A stretch of 64,000 nt of DNA. Origin: Candidatus Cloacimonadales bacterium. GTDB lineage: Bacteria; Cloacimonadota; Cloacimonadia; Cloacimonadales; JAIOQZ01. The notes below the pieces were generated by a model that had not been told where the DNA came from, searched no databases, and saw only the letters and a list, made by a program, of their open reading frames with translations. Below are positions 54,606 through 64,000 of the stretch, piece after piece (within the stretch, counting starts at the first letter, position 1; the number at the start of each line of letters is the position of its first letter). The stretch spans positions 2,656,001 to 2,720,000 of the forward strand of contig OY771587.1 in assembly GCA_963674825.1 (NCBI GenBank), written 5' to 3'. Position numbers and translations under genes: made by a program.

Positions 54606-57083
54606 ATGGAGTATCCGTTCCACGAAATCGAAAAAAAATGGCAAAAGGTATGGCTGGACAGGAATATCTTTCATGCCGATAACAACACCGAGAAAGAAAA
54701 GTACTATGTGCTTTCGATGTTCCCATATCCTTCGGGCATCCTGCACATGGGTCATATATCCAATTACTCCATCGGCGACGCGGTAGCGCGTTTCAAGATG
54801 ATGGAAGGCTACAACGTCATGCAGCCGATGGGCTATGACTCCTTCGGCATGCCGGCGGAGAACTTCGCGATCAAGCACAATTCGCATCCACGAATCACCA
54901 CCGAACAGAACATCGACGTTATGCGCGGCCAGTTTAACTCGATGGGATTCGGGTTTGATTGGGAGCGTGAGGTCAGCACCTGCCGTCCAAACTACTACAA
55001 GTGGGGTCAATGGCTCTTCAAACGCATGTACGAGAATGGCCTGGTTTATCAGAAGAAGTCGTTTGTGAACTGGTGTGACGATTGCCAGACAGTTCTTGCA
55101 AACGAGCAGGTGGAAGACGGTTCCTGCTGGCGCTGCGGAAGCGAAGTCAAGCAGAAAGAGATGATGCAGTGGTTCTTCCGTATCACGAAGTACGCCGAAG
55201 AATTGCTCGATTTCTCTCATATGATTGAGTGGCCCGAACGCGTTGTCACCATGCAGAAAAACTGGATCGGCAAGAGCTACGGAACCGAGATTGTCTTCCC
55301 GCTGGAAGACGGCAAGGGCGAAATTCCAGTATTTACGACCCGTCCCGACACGATTTACGGTGTGACCTTCATGGCGCTTCCGCCAGAGCATCCGCTGGTT
55401 CGCGGGTGGCTGGAGCAGGAAGATGAAGGCTCCGAGATGGCGAAATTCTGCGACAAGGTCCTTATGGAAGATAAAACCGAGCGCGGTGCGGACGACACCG
55501 TCAAGGAAGGCGTTTTCACCGGCAGATATTGTATCAATCCGCTCAATGGCGACAAGGTGCAGATATGGGTGACTAATTATGTCCTGATGGAATACGGTAC
55601 CGGTGCTGTGATGGCTGTTCCCGCGCACGATCAGCGTGACTGGGAATTCTCCGATAAATACGATATTCCGCGCAAGATTGTAATCCAGAATCCGGAAGAA
55701 GAACTTGTGCTGGAGAATATGACCTGTGCCTATACAGAGCCCGGTATCATGGTGGATTCGAAGACATTCGATGGCATGAAGAGCACTGACGCCATCACCG
55801 AGATCTCGAAATACATCGAGGCTCAGAAGATGGGCAAGCGAACGGTCAGCTATCGTCTGCGCGACTGGGGTATTTCTCGTCAGCGTTACTGGGGTAATCC
55901 AATTCCGATTATCCATTGCCCCAAGTGCGGAGAAGTGCTGGTTCCTGACGAAGACCTTCCCGTGTTGCTGCCGGACGATATCCAGGTGGGCAAGACGAAG
56001 CAGAATCCGCTGCTGTCTGCCGACGCGTGGCTGAACACAACCTGCCCGAAGTGCGGTGGGCCTGCTAAGCGCGAGACCGACACCATGGACACGTTCGTCG
56101 ATAGCTCCTGGTATTTCGCGCGTTACGCAGATGCACACAACGACGAGATGCCTTTCTCGCCGGATATGGCAAACTATTGGCTGCCTGTGGATCAGTACAT
56201 CGGCGGTATCGAACACGCATGTATGCATTTGCTCTACGCAAGGTTCTTCCATAAATTCATGCGCGATATGGGCATGATCAAGTGCGACGAGCCGTTTGCG
56301 CGTCTGCTGACGCAAGGAATGGTCATCAAAGACGGTGCCAAGATGTCAAAGTCGAAAGGCAATATGGTTGAACCGGAAGGGTACATCGATCGCTACGGAG
56401 CCGATACTGTGAGGCTTTTCATGCTCTTCGCGTCACCACCGGAGAAGGATGTCGAGTGGAACGACGAGGGCGTCGTGGGCGCGTTCAGGTTCTTGAACCG
56501 AGTCTGGAGAACCGTGGAGCAGAATCTCGACCTGATAGCGGATTTTTACAAGCCCTATTCGGAAGATGTCGATCTCTCGCGCGAGATCAAGGAACTGCGC
56601 TACAGTACGCATTATACCGTGAAGAAAGTGAACGAAGATATCCGCGAGCGTATGCATTTCAACACTGCCATCGCGGCTGTGATGGAGCACTTGAACAATG
56701 TCTCGTCTATTGATACCGATAAACTCACGGACGAAGAAAAGATGGTGTTCGCGGAGTCTGTCGCGGTGATCCCGAGGTTGCTCTATCCCTTCACACCGCA
56801 TATCTGCGAAGAACTGTGGTCGATGATGGGACATGACGAACTGGTGCACGAAGCGGGAGTTCTCACTTGCAACGAGAAGTATCTGGTCAAGGATGAGGTC
56901 ACCTATCCTATCCAGATCATGGGCAAGGTTCGCGGTAAGCTGGATGTACCGGCCAATACACCGATCGAAGAGGTCAAGAAGCTGGCTCTGGCAGTCGATA
57001 ACGTACAGAAGCATATCGAAGGCAAGACGGTACAGAAGGTGATCGTGGTGCCGAACAAGTTGGTCAGCATCGTAGCGAAATAA
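54606..57083 (+). CDS. leuS: leucine--tRNA ligase
   Basis: MFPYPSG.LHMGH, FTTRPDT, DWGISRQRYWG, GGIEHA, KMSKS. Confidence 0.98.
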   Translation: MEYPFHEIEKKWQKVWLDRNIFHADNNTEKEKYYVLSMFPYPSGILHMGHISNYSIGDAVARFKMMEGYNVMQPMGYDSFGMPAENFAIKHNSHPRITTEQNIDVMRGQFNSMGFGFDWEREVSTCRPNYYKWGQWLFKRMYENGLVYQKKSFVNWCDDCQTVLANEQVEDGSCWRCGSEVKQKEMMQWFFRITKYAEELLDFSHMIEWPERVVTMQKNWIGKSYGTEIVFPLEDGKGEIPVFTTRPDTIYGVTFMALPPEHPLVRGWLEQEDEGSEMAKFCDKVLMEDKTERGADDTVKEGVFTGRYCINPLNGDKVQIWVTNYVLMEYGTGAVMAVPAHDQRDWEFSDKYDIPRKIVIQNPEEELVLENMTCAYTEPGIMVDSKTFDGMKSTDAITEISKYIEAQKMGKRTVSYRLRDWGISRQRYWGNPIPIIHCPKCGEVLVPDEDLPVLLPDDIQVGKTKQNPLLSADAWLNTTCPKCGGPAKRETDTMDTFVDSSWYFARYADAHNDEMPFSPDMANYWLPVDQYIGGIEHACMHLLYARFFHKFMRDMGMIKCDEPFARLLTQGMVIKDGAKMSKSKGNMVEPEGYIDRYGADTVRLFMLFASPPEKDVEWNDEGVVGAFRFLNRVWRTVEQNLDLIADFYKPYSEDVDLSREIKELRYSTHYTVKKVNEDIRERMHFNTAIAAVMEHLNNVSSIDTDKLTDEEKMVFAESVAVIPRLLYPFTPHICEELWSMMGHDELVHEAGVLTCNEKYLVKDEVTYPIQIMGKVRGKLDVPANTPIEEVKKLALAVDNVQKHIEGKTVQKVIVVPNKLVSIVAK

Positions 57084-57119
57084 GTATGGATTGCAGGTGC
57101 ATGCCTGCTTCGATAGTAT

Positions 57120-57160
57120 GGGAAATCCCAATGTCCTTATGGATGTTGGGATTTCTCTTT
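57120..57160 (+). terminator. hairpin/terminator after leuS
   Basis: GGGAAATCCCAATGTCC-ttat-GGATGTTGGGATTTCTC followed by TTT. Confidence 0.65.
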
Positions 57161-57224
57161 GGCTCGTCCAGAGGTTGAGTGCTGCAAAGTGACATCGGCA
57201 ATGGATAAGCTCAGTATGTAATTG

Positions 57225-57265
57225 ATAGAAAAAGCCCGGCCACCATGTGACCGGGCTTTTTCTAT
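57225..57265. terminator. bidirectional terminator
   Basis: ATAGAAAAAGCCCGG...CCGGGCTTTTTCTAT inverted repeat. Confidence 0.8.
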
Positions 57266-57266
57266 G

Positions 57267-57295
57267 GTAACCTGTTAACTCGTAACGGGTAACTT
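57267..57295. repeat. short degenerate heptamer tandem repeat (GTAACnn x4)
   Basis: GTAACCT GTTAACTC GTAACGG GTAACTT. Confidence 0.5.
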
Positions 57296-57298
57296 CCT

Positions 57299-59899
57299 TT
57301 ACTCGTGTTCTCTCGACATCTCTTCGTCTGGCTGCGTGATGATGACGAAGCTGTTGTTGAGATACTTATTGGCAACTTGCTGGATCTGCTCGGGTGTGAT
57401 GGTGCGAAGGATATCGCCCATGCGATAGAGGTAATCGTACCCATAGCCGCGGTATTCGTAGTAGAGGGCATAGGATGGCAGAGCGTTTTCGCTGATCATG
57501 CTCTGCATGCGTTTGTCGAATTCAATGATCGCCTGATCGAGTTCTTCCTGACTGACCGGCTCGGTTTTCAGCCTTTCGATTTCACCTTTAAGCACCTCGA
57601 TCAACTCATCTTTTTTAGGAAGAGATGTTTGGGATACCATCTCGAATGTGCCCCACTCGTCGCTGAACTGGTAGTCTGAATAAGCCCAATAGGCGAGATT
57701 GTTGGTGCCGCGTGTGGCTTTGTGAAGCCGAGATTTGGATGAACCGCTCAGGATGATTTCCATCAACCGCATTGTGAGGTTGTCTTCGGAATAGAAGCTG
57801 GGTGCCGGGTAGAAGATGTTGACGTTAACCGGCTCGAAATCGTACGTATTGACGGAGACGGTATCTTTCTCGACGATCGTGCGCCATACGCGGGGCTCAT
57901 CGACGGTACCCTTCGGTATTGCCTTGTAGATCTCTTTTGCCCACTTGCGTGCCTCGTCTTCCGAGAGGTCGCCGAAGAGCGCAGCTACGACCGGCTTCTC
58001 GTCGGAAGCCTTGAAGTACTTGTCGTACAGTGCTTGCACCTTATCATGGTCAAGGTCTTTGATTGCTTCCCATTTTTCCTTGTTGGACAGCGAGAACATC
58101 GGTTCTTTGTAGATGAGCTTGTTCGCGATTTCGTTGTGGACGGACAGCGGCCAGCTCTGGGAATTTAGCAATCCTCCCTTCTGTTCTTCCAGCATAAGCT
58201 GGATTTCTTTCTGGGGAAACGTCGGGTTCTTCAGCGCATCAATGATCATATCGAGTAATTCGTCGAAGTCGTTTCGCAGCAGTTTCATTTCAAGCTTGAA
58301 GCCTGTCTCGGTGAGGATGCCGTTCGTCTCGATATAGTGGTCGTCCATGAATTCGGATAGCTCGGTTGCACTGTATTTTTTCGATCCTCTGAGAAGCATA
58401 TCCACTGTAAACTCGAGGCGTTCCAGGTCGCCTTCCGATCCGTAGTTCTTGTAGATAGGCATCAGGATTTCAGCACGGATAATCGGGCTGGTGTTGTTGT
58501 GGCGGTAAATGAGCGTAAGGTCTTCGTTGATTACTATCTTTTTCATCTCTTCGCGGACACCGGCATCTTCTTTTTGCTGTTCCAAAAGCTGACTTGTTCC
58601 GGTAGGCATGGCGAAATAGGTGATGCGATTCTTAGGTACAAGGTGGCGCTGGAAGGCCGCATAGATGTCTTCCGGGGTCAGTTTACTGGCCTGATCGATC
58701 TTTCTCTGGTAGTATTCAGGAGAACCATATATTTGTGTGTAGATACCAATTCGGCTGGCTTCGCTGCCGGGACTCGGAGTCGAGAGTAGTTGAGCCGCCT
58801 GGATGCGGTCGATGTATTTCTGGATATCTTCCTGCGTGATGCCACTTTGGCTGTATTGGAGGATGTATTGGTCGATCACATCGACGATTTCGTTCATCTT
58901 CGAGGGATCTTTCGCTTCGAATCCGATTGTGGCGTCTGCGGCAAACTGCATGTTGTAAGCTGCTCCGCCCCAGACGTTGTTACATAGCTGGAGGTCTTCA
59001 ACCAGAGCTTTGTTGAGCGGCGATGTGCGCTTGGCGAGTAGATAATCCATGCCAACGTTGAGCGCCATGCAGTCCATGTACCATGCATCGGGGATAATGG
59101 TGCAGAGCCTGCCGGTTGCCTGCTGGATGTTGAACTCTTTCACATAGACCGTGTTGCCCTCGAAAGGCGGCTGCTTGACGATGTCTACCGGCTCGAGGAC
59201 TCTTCTCTGGTAATTCTTGAACGTCTCTTCAACTTTTGTCATGAGGGTGTCGGGATCGATATTTCCAACGCCAACGAAGATCATGTTATTGGGCATATAG
59301 CGTTTATTGTAGTAGTTGACCAGGTCGTCGCGCGTGAGTTGCTTGTAGAGCTCGATCTTACCGATGACGGGGTAGTGCCCCGTCGATTGTGGCTGAGAAA
59401 GATCCATGAAGGTCTCGTAGGCCTTCACTGGAGGTGGACTGGAGCGATACACGAATTCTTTGATGATCACTTCACGTTCTCGTGTGACTTCCACCGAATC
59501 GAACGAGCAGAACATGATGTGCTCGGAGAGCATTTCCAAGCCCTTATCCACGTATTCGGCTGGAACTGTCATTTGGAAACAGGTGGTGAACGTGTTGGTA
59601 TAAGCATTGGCTGTTGCGCCAATCTCCTGTTCCATCTGGCCATATTCCTCTTCGGTGTGCAGGGTTGTGGAGCCACCGGAGACGATGTGCTCGAGGTAGT
59701 GCGAAATACCGGTTCCGATGTACTCGTCTTCATAGGCTGAGCCCGTTTTTACGAAACAGTATAATGCAACAGATTCGTTGTTTTCATTGTTTTTCGTGAT
59801 AACTTCCATACCATTGGGAAGTGTTTTCTGGATATAGTCGCCGGCGAACAGTGTAACGCAGGCAATCAGTACCAGTACGATAGCGTACAATTTCTTCAT
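57299..59899 (-). CDS. secreted M16 (pitrilysin-family) zinc peptidase
   Basis: Signal peptide, GISHYLEH (HxxEH), NAYT, Y.PNNM; two-half architecture. Confidence 0.9.
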   Translation of the reverse strand: MKKLYAIVLVLIACVTLFAGDYIQKTLPNGMEVITKNNENNESVALYCFVKTGSAYEDEYIGTGISHYLEHIVSGGSTTLHTEEEYGQMEQEIGATANAYTNTFTTCFQMTVPAEYVDKGLEMLSEHIMFCSFDSVEVTREREVIIKEFVYRSSPPPVKAYETFMDLSQPQSTGHYPVIGKIELYKQLTRDDLVNYYNKRYMPNNMIFVGVGNIDPDTLMTKVEETFKNYQRRVLEPVDIVKQPPFEGNTVYVKEFNIQQATGRLCTIIPDAWYMDCMALNVGMDYLLAKRTSPLNKALVEDLQLCNNVWGGAAYNMQFAADATIGFEAKDPSKMNEIVDVIDQYILQYSQSGITQEDIQKYIDRIQAAQLLSTPSPGSEASRIGIYTQIYGSPEYYQRKIDQASKLTPEDIYAAFQRHLVPKNRITYFAMPTGTSQLLEQQKEDAGVREEMKKIVINEDLTLIYRHNNTSPIIRAEILMPIYKNYGSEGDLERLEFTVDMLLRGSKKYSATELSEFMDDHYIETNGILTETGFKLEMKLLRNDFDELLDMIIDALKNPTFPQKEIQLMLEEQKGGLLNSQSWPLSVHNEIANKLIYKEPMFSLSNKEKWEAIKDLDHDKVQALYDKYFKASDEKPVVAALFGDLSEDEARKWAKEIYKAIPKGTVDEPRVWRTIVEKDTVSVNTYDFEPVNVNIFYPAPSFYSEDNLTMRLMEIILSGSSKSRLHKATRGTNNLAYWAYSDYQFSDEWGTFEMVSQTSLPKKDELIEVLKGEIERLKTEPVSQEELDQAIIEFDKRMQSMISENALPSYALYYEYRGYGYDYLYRMGDILRTITPEQIQQVANKYLNNSFVIITQPDEEMSREHE

Positions 59900-60058
59900 T
59901 CAGGTTCCTCCGATATGCATATCAAATCCATTTCCTGTTCAGCGTATGCATTTTTCATGCCTTTTCTGTCAATGGAATCTTTGCTTCTCACAAAATTTGT
60001 TTGACAGCATGAAATAACCTGAAAAAGATACCTCCAGCAAGAAACCGGGGAGTTCCCA

Positions 60059-60940
60059 ATGTGGAAAACGATAAATATAGAAGATAAACAGAAAATAAAT
60101 AGCTATTTAGCGAAGATCAGCACGGAAATTTCCGAGCTGAATTTCACCAATCTGTTTCTCTGGCAGCCGGGGCAGGATATCCGGTATTGGGAGATGGATG
60201 GCTTTCTCATGATACGTGACGGATTGAAGGACTACGAGTACTTCTTTCCGGTCGGCGAAGGTGATCTGACACAGGCTGTAAAGCATCTTCGTGAAGTTCA
60301 CGAGCAGGGGCCGCTTGTCTTCCGCTGTCTCGACGAATCGATGAAAGATGCCCTGGAAGCCGCGATGCCCGGCCAATTTACCTTTACTCGCACGGATGAC
60401 CGCGACGACTACGTCTATAGCGTACAAGAGCTTATTGATCTCTCTGGGCGCAAGTTTCGCAACAAGCGCAATTTCATTCTCGGATTTTTACGCGAGAACA
60501 ATTTCAGCTACCACCGTCTTACAGCGGATACGGTCGATCTGGTCGCCCATTCCCAACTCGAATGGTGCAACCAGCGTAACTGCGAGCTATTCCCGGATCT
60601 ATATCGCGAAAAGCTTGGTATTATGCGAGTTCTGGAGCATTTCTCGGATCTGGATTATATTGGTGGTTATATTGAGATCAATGGCAAGGTACAGGCGTTT
60701 ACATTCGCTGAACCTCTCACTGATGACACGGTTGTCATCCATATCGAGAAAGCGAATGATCAGATTCGCGGACTTTACCAGTTTATTAATCAGCACTTCC
60801 TTGAGCAGGAATGGAAGGATTTCACGTACGTTAATCGCGAGTGCGATCTTGGAATCGATGGGTTGCGTCAGGCGAAACTATCGTACCGGCCAGTCCGCAT
60901 GATTACAAAATATAAAGCTGTGGAAGTAGGTAACTTGTAA
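60059..60940 (+). CDS. DUF2156 / phosphatidylglycerol lysyltransferase-domain protein
   Basis: NFTNLFLW, DYVY, LSGRKFRNKRN, HIEKAN, GLYQFIN, VNRE.DLG..GLRQAKLSY. Confidence 0.88.
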   Translation: MWKTINIEDKQKINSYLAKISTEISELNFTNLFLWQPGQDIRYWEMDGFLMIRDGLKDYEYFFPVGEGDLTQAVKHLREVHEQGPLVFRCLDESMKDALEAAMPGQFTFTRTDDRDDYVYSVQELIDLSGRKFRNKRNFILGFLRENNFSYHRLTADTVDLVAHSQLEWCNQRNCELFPDLYREKLGIMRVLEHFSDLDYIGGYIEINGKVQAFTFAEPLTDDTVVIHIEKANDQIRGLYQFINQHFLEQEWKDFTYVNRECDLGIDGLRQAKLSYRPVRMITKYKAVEVGNL

Positions 60941-60957
60941 CTCGTAACTGCTAACTT
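60930..60957. repeat. short heptamer tandem repeat (GTAACTn x4)
   Basis: GTAACTT GTAACTC GTAACTG CTAACTT. Confidence 0.6.
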
Positions 60958-60962
60958 TTCTC

Positions 60963-62243
60963 TTACTCGACTATCCTGCCGACCAAATCGTATTCCCACG
61001 CATCGATAATCTCGACGGTGACAATATCGCCCAGCTTCGCCTTACCTTCGGTAATATAAACAATTCCGTCGATTTCAGGAGCATCCTGGCGTGTCCGGCC
61101 CTCGTAGCGATAACCTTCCTCTTCTGATTCCGCGTCGATGATCACCTCAAGCTTCTTTCCGACCTTCTCTTCCATGATCTCGCGGGAAATCTCCTGCTGG
61201 ATCTGCATGAGACTGTCCTTGCGCTTCTCGGCGGTCTTGGGTGTGACTTTGGGCGTTATCTCATATGCAGCGGTACCTTCCTCTTCAGAATAGGTGAAGA
61301 CACCCAAACGATCGAACCGGGCGTCACGCACGAATTCTTCCAGGCGTTTGAAATCGGAAACCGTTTCACCCGGGAAACCAGTGATGAAGGTGGTGCGGAG
61401 CGCGATATCGGGAATGATGTTGCGGATACGTCGCAGCAACATTTCGAGCTGTTCGGTAGTTGTTCTGCGATTCATTGCCTTCAATACGGGATCGCTGATA
61501 TGCTGGAAGGGTACATCCAGATAATGGCAGATCTTGGGGATGGACGCGATGGTCGTCAGCATTTTCTCGGTGATGTGAGCGGGGTGAAGATACATGAGGC
61601 GGATCCATTCGATGCCTTCGATTTTCTCCAGCTCCCACAGCAGATGCGTAAGGCGCTGTTCGCCGTATATGTCGATGCCGTATTGAGTGATGTCCTGTGC
61701 GGTGACGATCAGCTCTTTGACGCCTTTCGCGGCGAGAGATTTCGCTTCCTCGATCAGTACTTCCATCTTTTCGCTCTGGAGTCTTCCGCGAATATCGGGT
61801 ATTGCACAGTAGGCGCAGTAATTCTCGCAACCGTCACTGATGCGAAGATAGGCGTAGTGCGAAGGTGTGAGAATATGCCGGGCCGAGAAATCACCGGTAG
61901 GCTGTTCTGTGAAGATCGATTCGAATTTCGAGAAGTCTTTGAGGTCGATCCAGGCGTTCACCTCCGGAATATCTGATTCGAGCGCGTCCAGATAGCGTTT
62001 GACCAGGCAGCCGGTAACTGCCAGGTATGAATTCGGCTTGCGAACCTCATTGTATTCCAGTATGGTGTCGATCGATTCCCGCTTTGCATCCAGGATGAAT
62101 CCGCAGGTGTTGATCAAAATCATGTCCGCCTCGCGGATATCCATCGTCCGTCTGTAACCGTGTTGCAGCGCGATTTCTGTAAATCGTTCACTGTCCACCA
62201 GGTTCTTCGGGCACCCAAGACTTTCGACGTAAAAGGTTTTCAT
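60963..62243 (-). CDS. rimO: ribosomal protein S12 methylthiotransferase
   Basis: SLGCPKNLVDSE, INTCGFI, radical-SAM CENYCAYC, DAPEIDG TRAM domain. Confidence 0.95.
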   Translation of the reverse strand: MKTFYVESLGCPKNLVDSERFTEIALQHGYRRTMDIREADMILINTCGFILDAKRESIDTILEYNEVRKPNSYLAVTGCLVKRYLDALESDIPEVNAWIDLKDFSKFESIFTEQPTGDFSARHILTPSHYAYLRISDGCENYCAYCAIPDIRGRLQSEKMEVLIEEAKSLAAKGVKELIVTAQDITQYGIDIYGEQRLTHLLWELEKIEGIEWIRLMYLHPAHITEKMLTTIASIPKICHYLDVPFQHISDPVLKAMNRRTTTEQLEMLLRRIRNIIPDIALRTTFITGFPGETVSDFKRLEEFVRDARFDRLGVFTYSEEEGTAAYEITPKVTPKTAEKRKDSLMQIQQEISREIMEEKVGKKLEVIIDAESEEEGYRYEGRTRQDAPEIDGIVYITEGKAKLGDIVTVEIIDAWEYDLVGRIVE

Positions 62244-62387
62244 TCTTGCTCCTTCACGAAAACATTATATTTCACGTAACATCGATGGTCAACATAAAAT
62301 GGATTTTATAAGCATTCATGAACGGAATTGTTTGACGCAATAGGGTTTCATACATTAGATGGGAGATCGGTATCAGAAGAGGATTGT

Positions 62388-63299
62388 ATGGAACAGGAAC
62401 GAATCGAATCGAAGCATAACCGAGCGCTTCTGAACCAGTTCAGAAGTTATCTGAAGCTGGAGAAGGGACTCTCCGACAACACGCTCGAAAGCTATACCAA
62501 CGATCTGGTGCAGTTCATGGAGGATCTGGACAGGGATGTTGAAATGATACCGGTCGAGACGATCGTCAATCATCTTGTACACCTTCAAGAGATCGGTATG
62601 GCATTCACCAGCATTGCGCGCAAGCGTAGTACCATCGTATCGTTTTTCAGATTCCTTGCCGAGGAAGAATTACCGCTTGCATTCACCATCGAGAGCATTC
62701 CGCCGATCAAGCCGCCGCAGCGGTTACCGGAGGTGCTTTCCAAAGATGAGATCATCGAGTTTCTCGACGCGTTACCATTGGAAACACCTCTTCAATATCG
62801 CAACAAGGCCATGTTCGAGCTGATGTACGCTACGGGCGTACGCATCTCGGAGGCAATCGACGCTTCCATTCACGATATTCTGTGGGAAAACCACGTACTG
62901 CGCGTGACCGGCAAGGGCAATAAGCAGCGCTTTGTGCCTATCGCGGGAGAATCGCTCAAGTATTTGCAGCTTTATGTGGATAAGTATCGCATTCTGCTCA
63001 AGCGTGAGAAGCGTACCGATGTTCTGTTTCTGAACCGCTCGGGAAAGGGACTGAGCCGCATGGGTGTGTGGAAAGTATTACGCGAGGAAGCGAAGAAGCT
63101 GGGCTTCAAATGGTGGGAGAAGCTCCATCCGCACATTATCCGGCATTCGTTTGCGACTCACCTGCTGGAAGGCGGAGCGAATCTGCGTACCGTGCAACTT
63201 CTACTCGGGCACGTAAGCATCAACACCACGCAGATCTATACCAACATCGACATGCAGCACATCATCGAGCAACACCGCCTCTACCACCCCAGAGGGTGA
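62388..63299 (+). CDS. xerD: XerD-type tyrosine recombinase
   Basis: EKGLSDNTLESY, ELMYATGVRISE, GKGNKQR, HPHIIRHSFATHLL, LLGH..INTTQIY; GAGG RBS before ATG 62388. Confidence 0.85.
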   Translation: MEQERIESKHNRALLNQFRSYLKLEKGLSDNTLESYTNDLVQFMEDLDRDVEMIPVETIVNHLVHLQEIGMAFTSIARKRSTIVSFFRFLAEEELPLAFTIESIPPIKPPQRLPEVLSKDEIIEFLDALPLETPLQYRNKAMFELMYATGVRISEAIDASIHDILWENHVLRVTGKGNKQRFVPIAGESLKYLQLYVDKYRILLKREKRTDVLFLNRSGKGLSRMGVWKVLREEAKKLGFKWWEKLHPHIIRHSFATHLLEGGANLRTVQLLLGHVSINTTQIYTNIDMQHIIEQHRLYHPRG

Positions 63300-63324
63300 A
63301 TGAACGCTAATCAGCAGACAGTTC

Positions 63325-63354
63325 TTGACAATATAAAGCGTGAACTCATACTAT
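63325..63354 (+). promoter_or_regulatory. candidate sigma70 promoter
   Basis: TTGACA-18 nt-TACTAT upstream of the lipoprotein gene. Confidence 0.45.
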
Positions 63355-63374
63355 GTTGCCGGGTATGGAGAGTC

Positions 63375-63929
63375 ATGAAGAAATCGATCCTGTTATTCAT
63401 CGTCGTTCTGTTGTTCGCCGGTTGTAGTGGAAAACGCAACGGCCGCGAAGAAGAAGCTATTGCGAAAAAGATGTTCGAAGCGCTTCGAGAAGAAGATTCC
63501 GGGAAAATCGGATCGTGCATCGTGACGCAGGATGATGTCGAATATGTCATGACCTACTTTTCCATGAACACTGATGAGTATAAGGCGATGACTCTGGAGG
63601 AGAAGCAACAATTTGAACAGCTCTTCCAGATACGCGTCGAAGAACTCCGCCAAGCCTGGCTCAACAGCTACGACAACATGATCGACCAAATCAACGAAAT
63701 TCAGCAGGCCAATCGTATCGACTGGGGCAAGATCCGTTATGACGGATACCAAGCTTCATTTCCCGACTTCGAGATTGAATATATGCCGCGCTACGGCGAA
63801 TTCGACCTGCTGTTTCATCACGGAAAGACACACTATCGGCTACACACCAAAGGTATCGTGAAAATCCACGACCAATGGAAGCTACAATTGGGTGAATTCA
63901 CCCTCGAGGTGATCGACAATGATTCATGA
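63375..63929 (+). CDS. hypothetical lipoprotein
   Basis: MKKSILLFIVVLLFAGC lipobox; GGAG RBS. Confidence 0.8.
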   Translation: MKKSILLFIVVLLFAGCSGKRNGREEEAIAKKMFEALREEDSGKIGSCIVTQDDVEYVMTYFSMNTDEYKAMTLEEKQQFEQLFQIRVEELRQAWLNSYDNMIDQINEIQQANRIDWGKIRYDGYQASFPDFEIEYMPRYGEFDLLFHHGKTHYRLHTKGIVKIHDQWKLQLGEFTLEVIDNDS

Positions 63930-64000
63930 CATATACGAAAAAGATACATTAAGCAACTATCTGAAACAGGTACAGTTACAGTTCGATGAACGTCCAGCAC
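63919..64000 (+). CDS. 5' end of the next gene (MIHDIYEKDTLSNYLKQVQLQFDERPA...)
   Basis: GAGGTG RBS; ATG 63919 overlaps the previous gene; frame open to the edge. Confidence 0.45.
   Translation, partial: MIHDIYEKDTLSNYLKQVQLQFDERPA

Noticed and set aside
54582..56315. 577-aa minus-strand ORF
   Set aside because: Antisense shadow of leuS
62388..63299. Tyrosine recombinase as a prophage or island integrase
   Set aside because: Motifs match housekeeping XerD, it neighbours rimO, and no att repeats or mobile genes were seen

Overview
A 64 kb bacterial chromosomal segment. The style of the secreted proteins (C25 and C10 proteases with YPNPFNPETT/FlgD-type C-terminal domains) and the short-stemmed tRNA-Sec suggest Candidatus Cloacimonadota or a related FCB lineage; this is an inference, not a database result. 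In order, the window holds: a sodium:solute symporter and small genes; a PorP/SprF-like barrel gene downstream of a ~6,800-aa Ig/cadherin-repeat adhesin with a type-B T9SS C-terminal domain; a PAP2 phosphatase; C10 and C25 cysteine proteases; a REP doublet; a fur/zur-znuA-znuC operon; a tightly coupled 10-gene surface-glycan modification operon that includes nadA; a selC-selA-selB locus; a GNAT; a multi-CBM secreted protein; leuS; an M16 peptidase; DUF2156; rimO; xerD; and lipoproteins. The main observation is the tRNA gene upstream of selA/selB. It has a tRNA-Sec fold but a GCA (Cys) anticodon instead of UCA, a 7/5 acceptor branch and a C1:A72 mismatch, suggesting selenocysteine insertion at UGC/UGU codons. 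Other highlights are NadA, CitE, MaoC and a CoA-ligase-like gene inside an amino-sugar operon, a PorP-like barrel with a C-terminal membrane anchor, recurrent Arg loops in secreted proteins, and a candidate leuS leader peptide. No CRISPR array, rRNA or transposase was seen.
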